Positions 1 through 14,939 of a DNA stretch of 64,000 bases are shown here, in pieces (position 1 is the first letter of the stretch; each line of letters opens with the position of its first letter). A model generated the notes under the pieces. It searched no databases. It had not been told where the DNA came from and saw only the letters and a list, made by a program, of their open reading frames with translations. The position numbers and the translations under genes were made by a program. The DNA is from Octopus vulgaris. Its lineage: Eukaryota. The DNA is taken from assembly GCA_951406725.2 (NCBI GenBank), contig OX597830.1, positions 10,168,001 through 10,232,000 on the forward strand, written 5' to 3'.

Positions 1-139
1 AAGACCCTTGGAATTTCTGAAACTCTCATGGCCTTATTCGACTCTCACACTTTGGATTTATTTTCAGCTGTAACTGATGTGGCGAACGCATAGTATTTCT
101 TGGAGACATTCGAATCAAATTTGGTCGATGTCCTTTTTC

Positions 140-372
140 TTTATTTTTCTTTTATTTGTTCCAGTCATTTGACTGTGGCCATGCTGGAGCACCGCCTTTA
201 GTCAAGCAAATCTACCCCAGAACTTATTCTTTGTAAGCCTAGTACTTATTCTGTCGATCTGTCTTGCCGAACCGCTAAGTGACGGGGACGTAAACACCCC
301 CACTATCGGTTGTCAAGTGGGACTGAACCCGGAACCATTGGATTGGGAAGCAAGCTTCTTCCCACACAGCCA
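140..372 (-). mobile_element. SINE family A, internally deleted
   Basis: Homology to 27062-27503. Confidence 0.8.
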
Positions 373-640
373 ATATATATATATATATATATATATATGC
401 AAGTATGTAAATGTCTGTGCATATGTGCGTGTGTCTGTTGTGTGTATTGTGTGTGGTTGTGTATGACTATACATAAATACACACACAGAAAGATAAAGAG
501 AGATTTTCATTTGCACTTTCTTATACACTTCGATATTGTCATATAGAGAGACAGGCAGATACGCAGATGTATACACACAGCCACAAAACCTGGCATTTGC
601 ACAGCTTATAGACTATCATTCACACGCACACACACATAGT

Positions 641-681
<41 letters not shown>

Positions 682-2377
682 GTGTGTGTGTGTGTGTGCA
701 CGTGCGTTGGTGTCTGTGTGTGCGTGTGCATTTATACATGTATGCAGACAAACGCTCATGCACAAATATATATTCTTGGCAAGTGAGAGAATCATTGGAA
801 ATGAATAAGAAAGTGCAATAGAATTCCTTATTATTAGCTCATTAAAGAATTATGGATAACTCACTTGATCTGAAATACGTCTATGAATGTAAAATGTAGC
901 ACAAAGAAAAGAAGGCAAAGAGGAAGGCGAAAAAAATGGAGGTTCTCTCGTCCTAAGAGCATCAGCGAAACACGAAGAGGTTTAACTGAAATATATGTGT
1001 GCACTCATTAGTAATCCTTGTTTGGCGAACTGACTTCCGCTGAATATCATATAATTGCTTTCAAAGCTAGCATTACTGTATAAGCTAATGTGTTTTCATT
1101 TCCTGTTGTTTTCTAAACAGAGAGAATGACAGTAACGTAAAAACAATGTCAGCCATATTGAACTCTACTTTCACTTTCAATATCTCGTTCTTTCTGTCAT
1201 TCCTCTTTTCCCTTTCTCTTTCTTGATTTCCTTTTACCTTTCTACTAGGATGTTCACAAGACGACATGTACACGAACTCTCTCTCTCTCACACACACACG
1301 AACACACGTATTTACATATATGCAATATGAATGTGTGTGTGTATATATATGTATGTGTACGTTCATTATACTCTAAAATCCTCTCCTCGACTTAGCATTT
1401 TGAATTTTTATCTTTATTTCTACACTACACACTTTCCTCTTTTCTCAATTTTCTGCTTACATCCCTCCTGTCTTACATCCTTCCATCTTCTATTTCTTTT
1501 CCTCCTCTATCTTTCACATTTCTTCCCATTCTTCTTTTTTCTCCACCCACCACCTTTTTTGTACTACATATATTCCTCTTCCAATTCTTTCTCATCTAAT
1601 TTATACAATTTTTTCTTAAAATCTTCTTAAATTTTGTTTCTCTGTCTCATCTGTCTTCTCATTTACCTTCGTATTTGTCGACATTTCCTCGTTTCTACTC
1701 CAGTTTTTAAGATTTTCTCTTTCATGCTTTGGGTTCCTTATATTTCGTTTCGGTTTTTACTTCACTCACGTCCACAATCCTTATTTTCAGTTCCCATCTT
1801 AGTATTTTTCTGTGATTGCATCTTACACATTTTGCTTTTTATAAATTATCTCCTTACCATATCTGAAACTGGTATCTTCTCTATTTTCTCCATCCTCTCT
1901 TATCCTACTTTTCTTTTCTTCTTCATCTACGTTTCTCTCCTCTTCCTTTTTACTTTCTTTTTTCATCTTTTATTATCTCCCCTCTCTGGTTTATTTTTAC
2001 TCATTATTAGAGTGATTTATACAGATGCATCTCCAGTTTGAAATTTTATTCTTAAAGAAGTCAGCCTTGTCTTTTGTCTCTCCAGGTTCGATAAGATAAA
2101 GTACCAGTCAAATACTGGTGTCAATGTAATCGATCTTTATCCCGGCCTTTATAAACATAAACTGGGTAAGGCTCAGTAATTGATTGGTGTTTTATTTATT
2201 TATTTATTTGGTGTTTTCGTACGAGAGTTTCGCTCGTTTGTACTTGAATTCCCAACGCACGAAACTCTCGGATCTTGAGTATTCTGTTAATTTTATTAAA
2301 TATTGATGAAAATATACATATTCTCATATTTTGAGTTCTATTTTCCCTTTTTGCACCTACGCATCTGTCTATGTATA

Positions 2378-2750
<373 letters not shown>

Positions 2751-2894
2751 TAAACCTTCCTTGAATGGGGCTTTTACATGCCGAAATCTACTTGGTGAAA
2801 TTAATGATTATTCCAAATTAATTAATTTCACCCTATATTATTATTGATAAATATATATATATAAATATATATATATACACATACATACATACAT

Positions 2895-3085
2895 AGGGAT
2901 AATTCACAAAAAAAAAACAAAAGACGAAGACAGGTAGTGTAGACAACAAACAGATATCTTAGTATAACGATCGGAAAGTGAAAAAGTCTTTAACGTTTCG
3001 AGCCTACGCTCTTCCACAGAAAGGAACGCAGAAAGAATCAAGGAGAGAAAATAAAGAATGTGTAGTGGCTTCCGATCTATCATCC
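2895..3085 (-). mobile_element. Copy of the A6U-hammerhead element (motif at 2988-3023)
   Basis: Reverse complement of the 57770-57931 element; flanked by microsatellites. Confidence 0.6.
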
Positions 3086-3386
3086 ACACACACACACACA
3101 CATATATATATATAAATTGACAGAATGAGATAAAAAAAATCCAAGGTAGTAAATAGATTTCAACACATTTAGCAACAAAAGGTCTTACAGCTGTTTCCAG
3201 GCTGTTTTATATATCTGGGCAAAAGACAAAATTTTTTATGCCAATATGCCGAAAAATAGACTTTACATCGTCTAACCACATACAATGCCCTTGTTTATAA
3301 TTGTTTATAATTTTCACCTTAAAAGCTATTTCAATATGCTGGCCACTGATAAAACTTTTTTGAAAAATTTTATCCTTGTACTAGAA

Positions 3387-3428
<42 letters not shown>

Positions 3429-3440
3429 TGTGTGTGTGTG

Positions 3441-3805
3441 AGCGGCACTCCGTCGGTTGCGACGACGAGGGTTCCAGTTCAACAGAGGGTTCCGATCAAC
3501 AGAACAGCAAGCACGTGAGTGACTGAGCACCCCACAGACGTGTACCCTTAACGTAGTTCTCGGGGATATTCAGCGTGAGAAGGCTGGCCCTTTGAATTAC
3601 GGGCACAATAGAAACGGGGAAAAAGAGTGAGAGAAAGTTGTGGTGGAAGAGTACAGTAGGGTTCACCAGCAGCCCCTGCCGGAGCATCGTGGAGCTTTTA
3701 GGTGTTTTCGCTCATAAACACTCAAAACGCCCGGTCTGGGAATCGAGAGCGCGATCCTACGACCACGGGTCCGCTGCTCTAACCACTGGGCCATTGCACC
3801 TCCAC
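3441..3805 (-). mobile_element. tRNA-derived SINE family C (head 1 + tail 1)
   Basis: Head and middle match 52100-52260; tail matches 34462-34630. Confidence 0.8.
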
Positions 3806-3857
3806 AATATATACAGTATATACTTTATATACTTATGCAATATATGTACTATTATAA

Positions 3858-4455
3858 GGCGGCGAGCTGGCAGAAATGTTAGCACGCCGGGCGAAATGCT
3901 TAGCGGTATTTCGTCTGCCGCTACGATCTGAGTTTAAATTGCCTTTCATACATTCGGGGTCGATTAAATAAGTACCAGTTACGCACTGGGGTCGATATAA
4001 TCGACTTAATCCGTTTGTCTGTCCTTGTTTGTCCCCTCTGTGTTTAGCCCCTTGTGAGTAGTAAAGAAATAGGTATTTCATCTGCCTTTCATCCTTTTGG
4101 GGTCGATAAATTAAGTACTATAATTACCAGTTGCGTACAGGTTGTCGATCTAATCGACTGACCCTCTCACCAAAAATTTCGGGCCTTGTGCCTAGAGTAG
4201 GAAGAAAATATATATATCATGATAGGGCGGCGAGCTGGCAGAAACGTTAGCACGCCGGGCGAAATGCGTAGCCGTATTTCGTCCGTCTTTATGTTCTGAG
4301 TTCAAATTCCGCCGAGGTCGACTTTGCCTTTCATCCTTCCGCGGTCGATAAACTAATTACCAGTAACTCCCTAGGGTCGATGGAATCGGCTTAAACCCTT
4401 TGTCTGTCCTTGTTTGTTCCCTCGATGTTTAGCCCCAGTGGGCAATAAATAAATA
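3858..4455 (+). mobile_element. Two SINE family B copies (3858-4205, 4226-4455)
   Basis: Homology to family B. Confidence 0.85.
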
Positions 4456-4877
4456 AATATGTATATACTATTATTTTTACTATTAACAAAACAATGTACT
4501 TTTAGAATATATTCGTATAATGCGCATATTTTGAGCAGAAATATTTTGTGCAACTTTGCTATTTTAGCAGAGACAATTCTAATTTAAGAGATTCTTTAAT
4601 ATTGCAGCACGAAGGAATTTGTTTGAATCAGCAACGGCGAGATTCTAAACTCTGGGTTACTTTAAAATTACTTACACTGAGTGTTGCTCTTAATTTTGTT
4701 GTTGGTGGTGTTTTTTCTCGTTGTGGTTGCGCCTTGTTGCTCTTGTTATTTCTGTTATTCTCTTTGCTGTTGTTTCCATTGTTTTTGTTGCTGCTATTGT
4801 TGTCGTTTTTCTTTTTCTCTTTTTCTACTGTGGCTGTCGTTCGTGTTATTGCGTCTGCTATTGTTTTTACTATTCAA

Positions 4878-5435
4878 GACGGTGAGGTGGCAGAATCGTT
4901 AGTACGCCAGGCAAAATGCTAACTAGTATTTCGTCCGTCTTTACTTTCTGAGTTCAAATTCCGCCGATGTCGATTTTGCCTTTCATCCTTTCGGGGTCAA
5001 TAAATTAAGTACCAGTAGCACGTTGTGTAAGGAAGATTTGACTACCTTGTCTTACGGCCCTATTGTAACCGACACGGACACACACAAAGAGAACTTTCGC
5101 GTCGACTTACAGATGACAGGCAGTTACATGTGCCTCTAAATTAGGGGTACCACACAATCTAATCTACTGGCCCCTCCCCCCAAAATTTCGGGCCTTCTGC
5201 CTAGATCAGAAAAGAATGTTCGAGGCGGCGAGCTGGCTGAATCGTTAGCACGCTAGGCAAAATGCCAAGTGGCATTTCGTCCGTCTTTACGTGTTCTGAG
5301 TTCAAATTCCGCCGAGGTCGACTTTGTCTTTCATCTTTCCAGGGTCGATGAAATAAATACCAGTTTAGCAATGGAATCGATGTAATTGATTAGTATTCCT
5401 CCCCCAATATGTCGGGCTTTGTACCTATAGTAGGC
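4878..5435 (+). mobile_element. Two SINE family B copies; the first carries a foreign insert at 5015-5157
   Basis: Homology to family B. Confidence 0.8.
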
Positions 5436-5874
5436 AGTATTATTACTATCATTGTTGTTGTTCACGTTGTTATTTCTAATCCTGTTGTTGTTGTTGATTT
5501 TGCTTCTATTAGTGTTGTTCTTGCTACTATTGTTGTTGTCGCTGCTGATGTTTCCGTCGTCGTAATCACCCTCGTTCTTTTGCTGTTTGTGTTTTTTATA
5601 ATTATACTTGTTATAAGTGCGCGTCCTCAGTCAAGCGAACCTATTGTCATAAGTGTTCCAACCATGGACAGCCAGCCTTAACAATTATGAAAAAAACGCG
5701 TTGTTCAATGTATCTCTCTTTATTTAAAATGGTAGCACATTGTGTAAGGAAGATTTGACTATTTCTTACGGCCCTATTGTAGCACACAAGGACACACACA
5801 GCGAGAACCTTCGCGCCGACCTACAGATGTCAGGCAGTTATATGTGCCTCAAAGCTAGGGGTACCACACAAACA

Positions 5875-7060
5875 CACACACATCTACAAGTGCAGCCATG
5901 CTGCAAGTGTTACAATCCTCCATGTATCACAAATCGACGAGTTCCACCGACCTAGAGATGTCACTGATCTACAGGGGTCACTATGATATATCTATAACTG
6001 CATGTTCTACCGACACAGAATTGCTGGTGTCACTAATGAATAGTTGAAGGGTTCTAGTAAGACATATGTATTAGGTAATCTCAGACGGACCTACAAATGT
6101 CATCACTTCAAATACTTATTTCTTTACTACCCACAAGGGGCTAAACACAAAGTGGACAAACAAGGACAGACACACGGATTAAGTCGATTATATCGATCCC
6201 CAGTGCGTAACTGGTACTTATTTAATCGACCCCGAAAGGAAGAAAGGCAAAGTCGACCTCGGCGGAATTTGAACTCAGAACCTTGCGGCAGACGAAATAC
6301 CTATTTCTTTTACTACCCACAAGGGGCTAAACACAGAGAGGACAAACAAGGACTGACAAACGATCCCAGTGCGTAACTGGTACTTTATTTATCGACCCCG
6401 AAAGGATGAAAGGCAAAGTCGACCTCGGCGGAATTTGAACTCAGAACGTAGCGGCAGATGAAATACCACAAAGCATTTCGCCCGGCGTGCTAACATTTCT
6501 GCCAGCGCACCGCCTTATGTCACCACTTCAAATACCACCATCCTACATACTCCACCAAATTACAGGTGATGATTGCCTACATGTGCTACCAACAATCAAG
6601 TCCACGCAACCAACAGGTGCTATCAACCCTTCATGTGTCTCCGTGCTGCATGGGCAACAAAATTCAAATGCCACCAATCTACAGTTGCACCATTCTACAC
6701 GTTCAAGTGCCGCTACAACTCAAATGTCACTAATCAACAGGTCCTTGTATCCTATATGTGCCGCAGAGCAACCTACACTACCATTATTCAAGTGCCACCA
6801 ACCAACAGAATGACAACCCTGCGCGTGCCAGCAATGTGAACGTGCCAGTGAAATGCATGTGCCACTTGTATTCAAACGCCACCAAACCTCACGTGCTACT
6901 AAGCTACATGTTCCACAATGTGCCGCAATACACGCAATCGACTTACGTGTGCCACTAAGCTACATGTGCCACCATTATGCAAGTGCATTAAGCTATAGGT
7001 ACTACGAGCCTTCATCTTCCACCAGTATTCAAGTGCCACCAACCTATATATGTTCCATCT
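5875..7060. repeat. Highly diverged minisatellite, unit about 17-19 bp (consensus close to CTACAAGTGCCACCAAC)
   Basis: Dozens of degenerate tacaagtgccacc-like units, split by a SINE B insertion. Confidence 0.75.
6112..6516 (-). mobile_element. SINE family B dimer inserted in a minisatellite
   Basis: Homology to family B. Confidence 0.85.
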
Positions 7061-7934
7061 AAACGAATTACTCCCCTCATACAGTCTGAACAGTTTTTGG
7101 ATGTCTGCAAACATCATTACGAGACATTACAACGTACAATACATTTATAACATAAGAAGGGTTGTCTTCTGGAGGGACTGAACTCGTGAAATAGTCTTCA
7201 AATTCTCAAATACGCAGCTCGGCATGAGCATGAAACTGTCTGCAAACTTTCAAATACTTTAAAGTTCTCGTCACAGTTCACAGAAATCACTGTCATGATG
7301 CTTAAAAGATAGAGAAAATAACAACATATAACCATATCGAAAATGTATCATCACCCACTCAGAATGACCTAATTTGCATAATGGTGATGCTGTGTCTGTA
7401 GAATAGGAATTTCTTAACTGTTGACAAGCCATCAAAAATATGTAAATTAGTTTAAGCTCTGTAAATTAAGTCACATAATGGGATGTATAAAAAATTTTTT
7501 CACCAAAAGTTATGGGAATTAGACAAATTTTGTCAAGTAGCCCCAAATTTACAATATGCAGTGAAATGAGTTCGATACCTGGGCTGTGCTACCAAGAACC
7601 CAAGAACTTTCTCTAGGTGTCATTACAACATACACACGCACAAATACAGACATATATATAGAGAGAGAGATACACACAAACATAAATATAAGGCTTTGCA
7701 TAATTTTGTTTCTCTTTGTAATTTGTATTTTGAACTACATATACATATCTGAAATCTAATTGTCTTTTTCTACCTTATTACCATAACAGCTCCATAAGGA
7801 TTGCTCTTATGGCCATTTTCGATGGGCCATTTGCCTGGGCCTGGAAAGGGAGAGTTCAAGTTCCTGTCCATTTGAGCATTACTCTCTGTTAATTATATAC
7901 AACTTCTGATTTCCTTCACTTATTCTGCATACAG

Positions 7935-7982
<48 letters not shown>

Positions 7983-8000
7983 GCATACATACATACATAC

Positions 8001-8038
<38 letters not shown>

Positions 8039-8554
8039 TTAGATTAAGCAGAAAAGGGAGAAATCTTGATCAAAAACCATTGACTATCATCGATAATTAT
8101 TTTTTAATACAAAGCTTTATCCTATCTAACAGCCGTTTCTGCTTCCAATGTTCCACAGGGCTACAAAAGAAAATTCTGAGAATAATATTTGTTATATTCT
8201 ATAGCACATCTAATCTGGAAGATGGGGTTTCATCAGAGTGAAGAAAAATGCATAAAATAAAAAAGAAACAGAGTCTCGAGAGGAGGAATGAAGGCTTCAT
8301 ATATTTGAATCATTCCGCCTAATTTAAATTTCATTCCTAATAAACTCTTGTTTAGTTTTGTCACTGCCTGTATGACAAAAATATGTATGCCCAGGATTGA
8401 CATAGGTAATTTATTCCGGTAGTAAAACGGACATTCTTATCCCTTAGACGGTTGTTCCAACTGCCAACTCTACTAATCTCTTTCTCTCTCTTTTTCTCTC
8501 TCTCTTTCTCTCTCTTTTTCTCTCTCTCTTTCTCTCTCTTTTTCTCTCTCTCTT

Positions 8555-8633
<79 letters not shown>

Positions 8634-9196
8634 ATATATATGTATATATATATATATGGCGGTGCCCCAGCATGGCCACAGCTCATAGGCTGGAACTGGA
8701 ATCAATCAATCAATCAATCAATCATATATATATATATATGTAAGGATTATATTAATTATAATATATATATGTATATATATATGTAAGGATTATATTAATT
8801 GTAATATATATATATATATATGCATATATATGTGTGCATATGTGTATATGTGCATGCATATACATACAAACATATATATGTGTGTGTGTGTGTGTGTGTA
8901 TTACATATACATACATATATATACATGCACAGACCTGCATAGGGTGGAAGTAGATGTCTTCAAAAAGGAAGTAATCATCCCCGTATCTGCAATGCCGGAT
9001 TAACCAACAGCCTGGTATGAGGTGCAGACGAGTGCAGCGGAATCGAACCCTTTTATACACCAACTGGGCCAACAGCTGCAGTAAAGGCACATACAGGAGT
9101 GATGATGTGAAACAGCCGAGACTGATGAGATGAAAAACACTACGATGGTGCTCCAGCATGACCATAGCTGCATGGCTGAAGCGAATAATATATATA

Positions 9197-9237
<41 letters not shown>

Positions 9238-9639
9238 TTGTTTTCTATGCTGCAGCGTCTACTCTCCAGTATTGTTGCTGTTGTTGTTGTCTTTCTGTAT
9301 TCGCTGTTGTTGTTGCTGCTGTTGTTGTTTGTCCCTGAAAGAGAAAAACAGATAAGAAGGAAGAATAACAACATATGATGGATAGAAAAATGAAGGAAAG
9401 ACTAAGTGAACGAGGGAAATAAAATTGAAAGAAAGGAAGGAACACAGAAGAGAATGAAATCTCTTGAGAGATCAATCGATAAAAGTTAACTGGAAAATAT
9501 ATTTGGTAACATTATATTTATATATCTGTACTTATATGTATTTGACTGGGTAAAAAGTATTTTTATTCTGTACCCCATTCAATAATATTTCTCCAGTTTT
9601 AGGTACAGATGCTAATTTTGTAACAAGCAATAGTCACAG

Positions 9640-9696
<57 letters not shown>

Positions 9697-9841
9697 TAAG
9701 AGAGTGATCACTATGTGGCTCACTCTAGCACTAGTAAATCCAAAAGGTTTCAACCACAAAAATACATGTTTCCCATGAAAGTCAGTACGATTGTTAACTC
9801 ACACGAACAGGGCAAATAAAAAATAACAAAAATACAGATTA

Positions 9842-9922
9842 TTTTGGGACAATTGTTTCGCTATTAATGAATTAAATGTAATTTTACTCACAAAAAACTC
9901 ACTTGTAGCTCCTCAGCCAAAA
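9842..9922 (-). ncRNA. Minimal type I hammerhead ribozyme, canonical core
   Basis: Minus strand reads TTTTGG-CTGAGGA-GCTA...TAGC-GAAA-CAATTG-TC-CCAAAA. 6-bp stem I, CUGAGGA core, 4-bp stem II, palindromic stem III (CAATTG), GUC triplet. Lies in a ~300-bp element between (TA)n tracts. Confidence 0.85.
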
Positions 9923-10000
9923 CTATCTGGATGAAATCCACTCAATCACACGCCAGATTTTACCATAACGATAAATACACGTGTGGTTCACCCTTATTAA

Positions 10001-10056
<56 letters not shown>

Positions 10057-10284
10057 TTTATAATGAGGGTTCAGCAAAGATTTGCTTCACCACATACCGA
10101 GGTTTAGAAATAGCAGTCAAAAAATCTTAGCTATTCCTTCTACTTTAAAGGGGACTCTCAGAAAAACCAAAGTACTTGAAAACCAAAGTATTACTTAAGC
10201 TTCCCATGAAATGGTCTTTTTCATGTCGAATTCTACTTGGTGAAATTACTGATTACTTCTTAATTAATTAATTTTACCCTTTGC

Positions 10285-10332
<48 letters not shown>

Positions 10333-10672
10333 ATAGACAAAACGACATAGATAGATAGTGATAGATAGATACATAGCTAGACAAACAGACAGACAGATAG
10401 ATAGATATGGATAGATGAATTTCTTTATTGGCGACACGGACCTGAACACAGAGGACAAATACAAATGTGGAGCTTTTCTTTTCGAAAAATGAGAAAAAAA
10501 AATGAAAAGAAAAGGTAAAATTCGATCAAAAGGGATCGGGAAAAAAACGATCAGAAGGGATCGTGTATCACAGAAGAATTTTTAAAATGTAAAAAGCAAG
10601 ATTAGGTTTATCCGTGGAAGGAAAAGCCTACAGAAAAGGCCAAGGGAGGGAATAAATACATGAGGGTAAACT

Positions 10673-10744
<72 letters not shown>

Positions 10745-11548
10745 CTTTTTCGATTTACAGGATCATACTCAAAGTGGTTTCGTCACTCGCACGCAATTGC
10801 TACTTTATCGCCACAGTTGTGGGTGTGCGTGTTTGGGGGGGTGAGTGATCTAAGAGTCCATACGTCAGGGGAAATGCACTCGTATATCTGTCAATAGACT
10901 AGTAATTTTAATCGAAGTGTGCACTCAAGTAAGCAAATATGTGCAAAAGAAGATAGAAAAAGTCATACTCCAATGCAAAAGGGAGGATAAGATACTCCTT
11001 AATTGGAGTCGAATTAAACCGTTACAAACTGCCACTCAGAGGTTTTACGTAAGTATCCATCTGACATTTGTGATGATACAAACTAGTGATGAACGCTGAT
11101 GTGAAACTGAGTAACAGGTTATGAATGTTTTCTTGGCTTAAATAAATAAAATGTATTTAATTAGATAGAATCCGGACTCTGGCCAGAAACTGGTGAGAAG
11201 CCAAGGTCAACGATACAATTGTGCAGCCATATCGGATTTCAGATTCAAACTAACCTCCCCTCGGTTAATCGCGAAGACTGACCATTATTCAATTAACGGG
11301 ATTCCGTTGGCTTCGAGCCATAGTGGCTGAAAGACCCTGAACTAAGTTGCACAGAAAATTATTCCCGGTTACATATGCAACTGTTCATACCCAGTGCAGC
11401 AGGAATACGTAAAGTTCATCGTAACTATAAAAATCTGCTGTTTGAAATACCGTGAAATGAAAGGAAATAAATTGTAAAAATAAACCAGTCTGCATATTAT
11501 CTATCATTATATTTACTTCATGCATACACGCACACAGATACATACATT

Positions 11549-11649
<101 letters not shown>

Positions 11650-11969
11650 GAGAACATTATTCCAAACTTACAGGGAAAAATTCAATTTAGTAATTAAACA
11701 CTTTTATTTATTATTTTATACTTAACTTAATTTTGACATACGTTTTTATTGTATATCTAAATTTAGATGGTCAGGTAGTCTCTTACGTATGTGTAATATC
11801 AGAATTCCGAAGAAAGTTCTCTTCGGCTACTTCCCAACAGGAAGGTCAGCTGGAAACGATGCAACAGACCCCTTTCTTCCTGGGAGAACAAAGCATTAGA
11901 TTGCAGGCCCTGGCACCAGTCCTGCTTTTCGTCAGTGTAAAAGTTTCAGCAAAATTGACTCCAGCATGT

Positions 11970-12548
11970 ATGTGTGTGTGTGTGTGTTTGACCCAGCCCA
12001 CCAGCACTTGACAACCGATGCTGGTGTGTTTCCGACCCGTAACTTAGCGGTTCGGCCTTAGGAACCGATAGAATAAGTACTAGGCTTGCAAAGAATAATT
12101 CCTGGGGTCGATTTGTTCCTCTAAAACAAAGCGGTGCCCTACCATAGCAGCAGTCAAACGACTGAAACACGTAAAAGAGTTGAAATTATGAGATTCGTTT
12201 TGTCCCCTAAAATGTGTTCCTTTTGACCCCTTAATGGCTGATATTTGCTTTTCAGATCATTGCAAGAGCAGTGGGGACGCATCATAATCATGAGTTGAGA
12301 GGAATTCTTTCAGGTTCGAATAAGTCATCTCTGGAAACCTGGGTGTTTCGTCCATCATCCTCATACAACCCTTATTCAGGGACCTTTTATGCGGTGTGTT
12401 TACTTCCCCGTAACCTAGCGGTCGGCAAAATACACAGATAGAACAAGTACTAGGCTTACAAAGAATAAATTCTGGGGTCGATTTGTTCCACTAAAAGTCA
12501 ATGCTCCAGCATGACCGCATTCATGACTGAAACAAATAAAAGAATAAA
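11970..12548 (+). mobile_element. Two SINE family A 3' fragments flanking a family D fragment (12195-12390)
   Basis: Homology to families A and D. Confidence 0.7.
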
Positions 12549-13239
12549 AAACAACATAAATGCCTACGCTTTGTTGCATATATACCCAGGTTTATACCCA
12601 GAACTTGGTGAGTTTAAAATCGAAGATTATCTAGAAATCATGCAATATTCTGAGATTTCTACATTTGTTTGTTTCAATAAGAGAATTCTTATTTTAGAAA
12701 CTTTAAAATCTTCAAAATCGATTTATAAGCCAGTTTGTGTACACAAACATACTTAGAACATATATACACATGAACATATATCCTCACTTAGTTAAACACA
12801 CATATACATAGACACACATACAAAATCACTCACACACTCTGATAATGCTCACAAATAATTAATATATATATATATGTGTGTGTGTATTCATGTGTATATA
12901 TTCATGTACATATAGCTATATACATTAATTATTAGTGTGCAATATATATATATATATATATATATACATACACAATATAAATGCGTATATATATATATAT
13001 ATAAGTATTTACATAGACTCATTTATAAAGTAAATATATATTTAAACGTACATATATATAGAGAGAGAGCGATAGATATATTTATACATACATATACATG
13101 CATATACGTGTGTGTATATGTATATTTACACACACACACATATATATATATGCGTATATTTAAATATATAAAAATGTACTTGCATATATGCATATACACA
13201 TCTTGAATAAGAACATATATGAATACATTAATATATATG

Positions 13240-13700
13240 AATTCATATATATATATATATATACACATATATATGTACATATATACACATATATATGTAC
13301 ATATATACACACATATGTACATATATACACATATATGTATATATATGCATATATATATATACACATATATATGTACATATATACACACATATGTACATAT
13401 ATACACACATATGTACATATATACACATATATGTATATATATGCATATATATATGTATATACACATATATATGTATATATATGCATATATATATGTATAT
13501 ACACATATATATGTATATATATGCATATATATATGTATATACACATATATATGTATATATATGCATATATATATGTATATACGCATATATATATGTATAT
13601 ACACATATATATGTATATATATACACATATATATGTATATATATATACACATATATATGTATATATATATACACATATATGTATATATATATATACACAC
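13240..13700. repeat. Complex TA/CA/TG microsatellite-derived minisatellite
   Basis: Units of about 20/40 bp such as atatatacacatatatatgt. Confidence 0.9.
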
Positions 13701-14262
13701 GTATGTATATATGTATATACTACATATATACGTACATATATAAGTGCATTCACAAACAAAAATACACACACACACACCTGTATAGTATACAGTTCGGTAT
13801 GGTACAAATATTTATGATTACGTTGATTAATATTTCATATGAAAACTGCTACCTCAGTTCTGTTTCTGTCTTTCACCTGCTGCTTTTTCTACCATTGTTG
13901 TATTTCACTTTGACCTCCCACTCTTGTCTACATCATTAAATTTTATAAAACTCTTGAAAAACCAATAATAAAAGACCTCAACCAAGCTCTAGACGGTAAA
14001 CACAATTCCGATTACGTCATTTCTCTTTCGCTCTCCTCTCTCTGGAACCGAAGCGCTGTGTGGCTCTGTCTTGGAAATTCTTGTAAATATTATTATCTTG
14101 CTAACTCGACAGGTTAATAATAAATTATTGATCTCCCATTTAGTGAAGTAACAAACAAGTAGTTATTTACTTCTGGAAGAGAAATATAGTGAAATAATAA
14201 TAATAATGATGATAATAATAATAATGATGATAATAATAATAATGATAATAATAATAATAATG

Positions 14263-14294
<32 letters not shown>

Positions 14295-14297
14295 AAT

Positions 14298-14563
14298 ACC
14301 AGTGTCGAACATAAACGTTATCCGTATTGTCATTGGAGCATTGGGTTCAATGCCACCCAATCTGAAAAAAATATCTGAAAACCTTAGAAATACCCTACAA
14401 TCTAGATGTATTGCAAAAGTCGGTATTACTTGGAACTGCAGGCATATTGCATAAAGTACTATGTGTCTGAGGTCCTTGTTGTGACTTGACAAACAGTACA
14501 AACCTCCGATGGACACAAATCTACAATCAACAACCTCACGATATTGTACACTGTGCAACGTCT
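14298..14563 (+). mobile_element. R4/Dong-like LINE 3' end inside a (TAA)n tract
   Basis: VIRIVIGALGSMP...VLLGTAGILHKVL; flanked on both sides by (AAT/GAT)n. Confidence 0.7.
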
Positions 14564-14939
14564 ATAATAATAATAATAATAATAATAATAAAGGGTACAC
14601 CAGGCACATACATCACAACCATATGTGCGCGACATGGTGATCTGATGTCAAGATAAACAGCGCATGACCTTGCAGGTGGGTCCAGTTAGAATTTTCTTCA
14701 GGTCGAGTAGCTCATCCCGCTTATAAGATCCCTGAATAAGGATTGTTTAAGGATAATGGACCAAACACCCATGTCTCCAGTGTTGAATTATTCAAACCTC
14801 TAAGAATTCCTCTCAACACATGATTACGACGCTCCCCCATTACTCTTGCTTGTAATAAGAAGTGCACATATCAGCCAACAAGGGGTGAAAAGGAACACAT
14901 TTTAGGGGACAAAACAAATCTCATTCTTTCAGTTTCGGA

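Noticed and set aside
1331-2041. Hydrophobic F/L/S-rich ORFs resembling membrane proteins
   Set aside because: Product of a pyrimidine-rich low-complexity tract.
9122-9136. CTGATGA-GAT-GAAA
   Set aside because: No room for stem II; lies within a probable LINE 3' UTR.
13023-13939. Long overlapping ORFs (150-270 aa) here and at 27912-28917
   Set aside because: Y/I/H/C/M/T/V-only peptides from TA/CA/TG microsatellites that lack stop codons in all frames; not genes.
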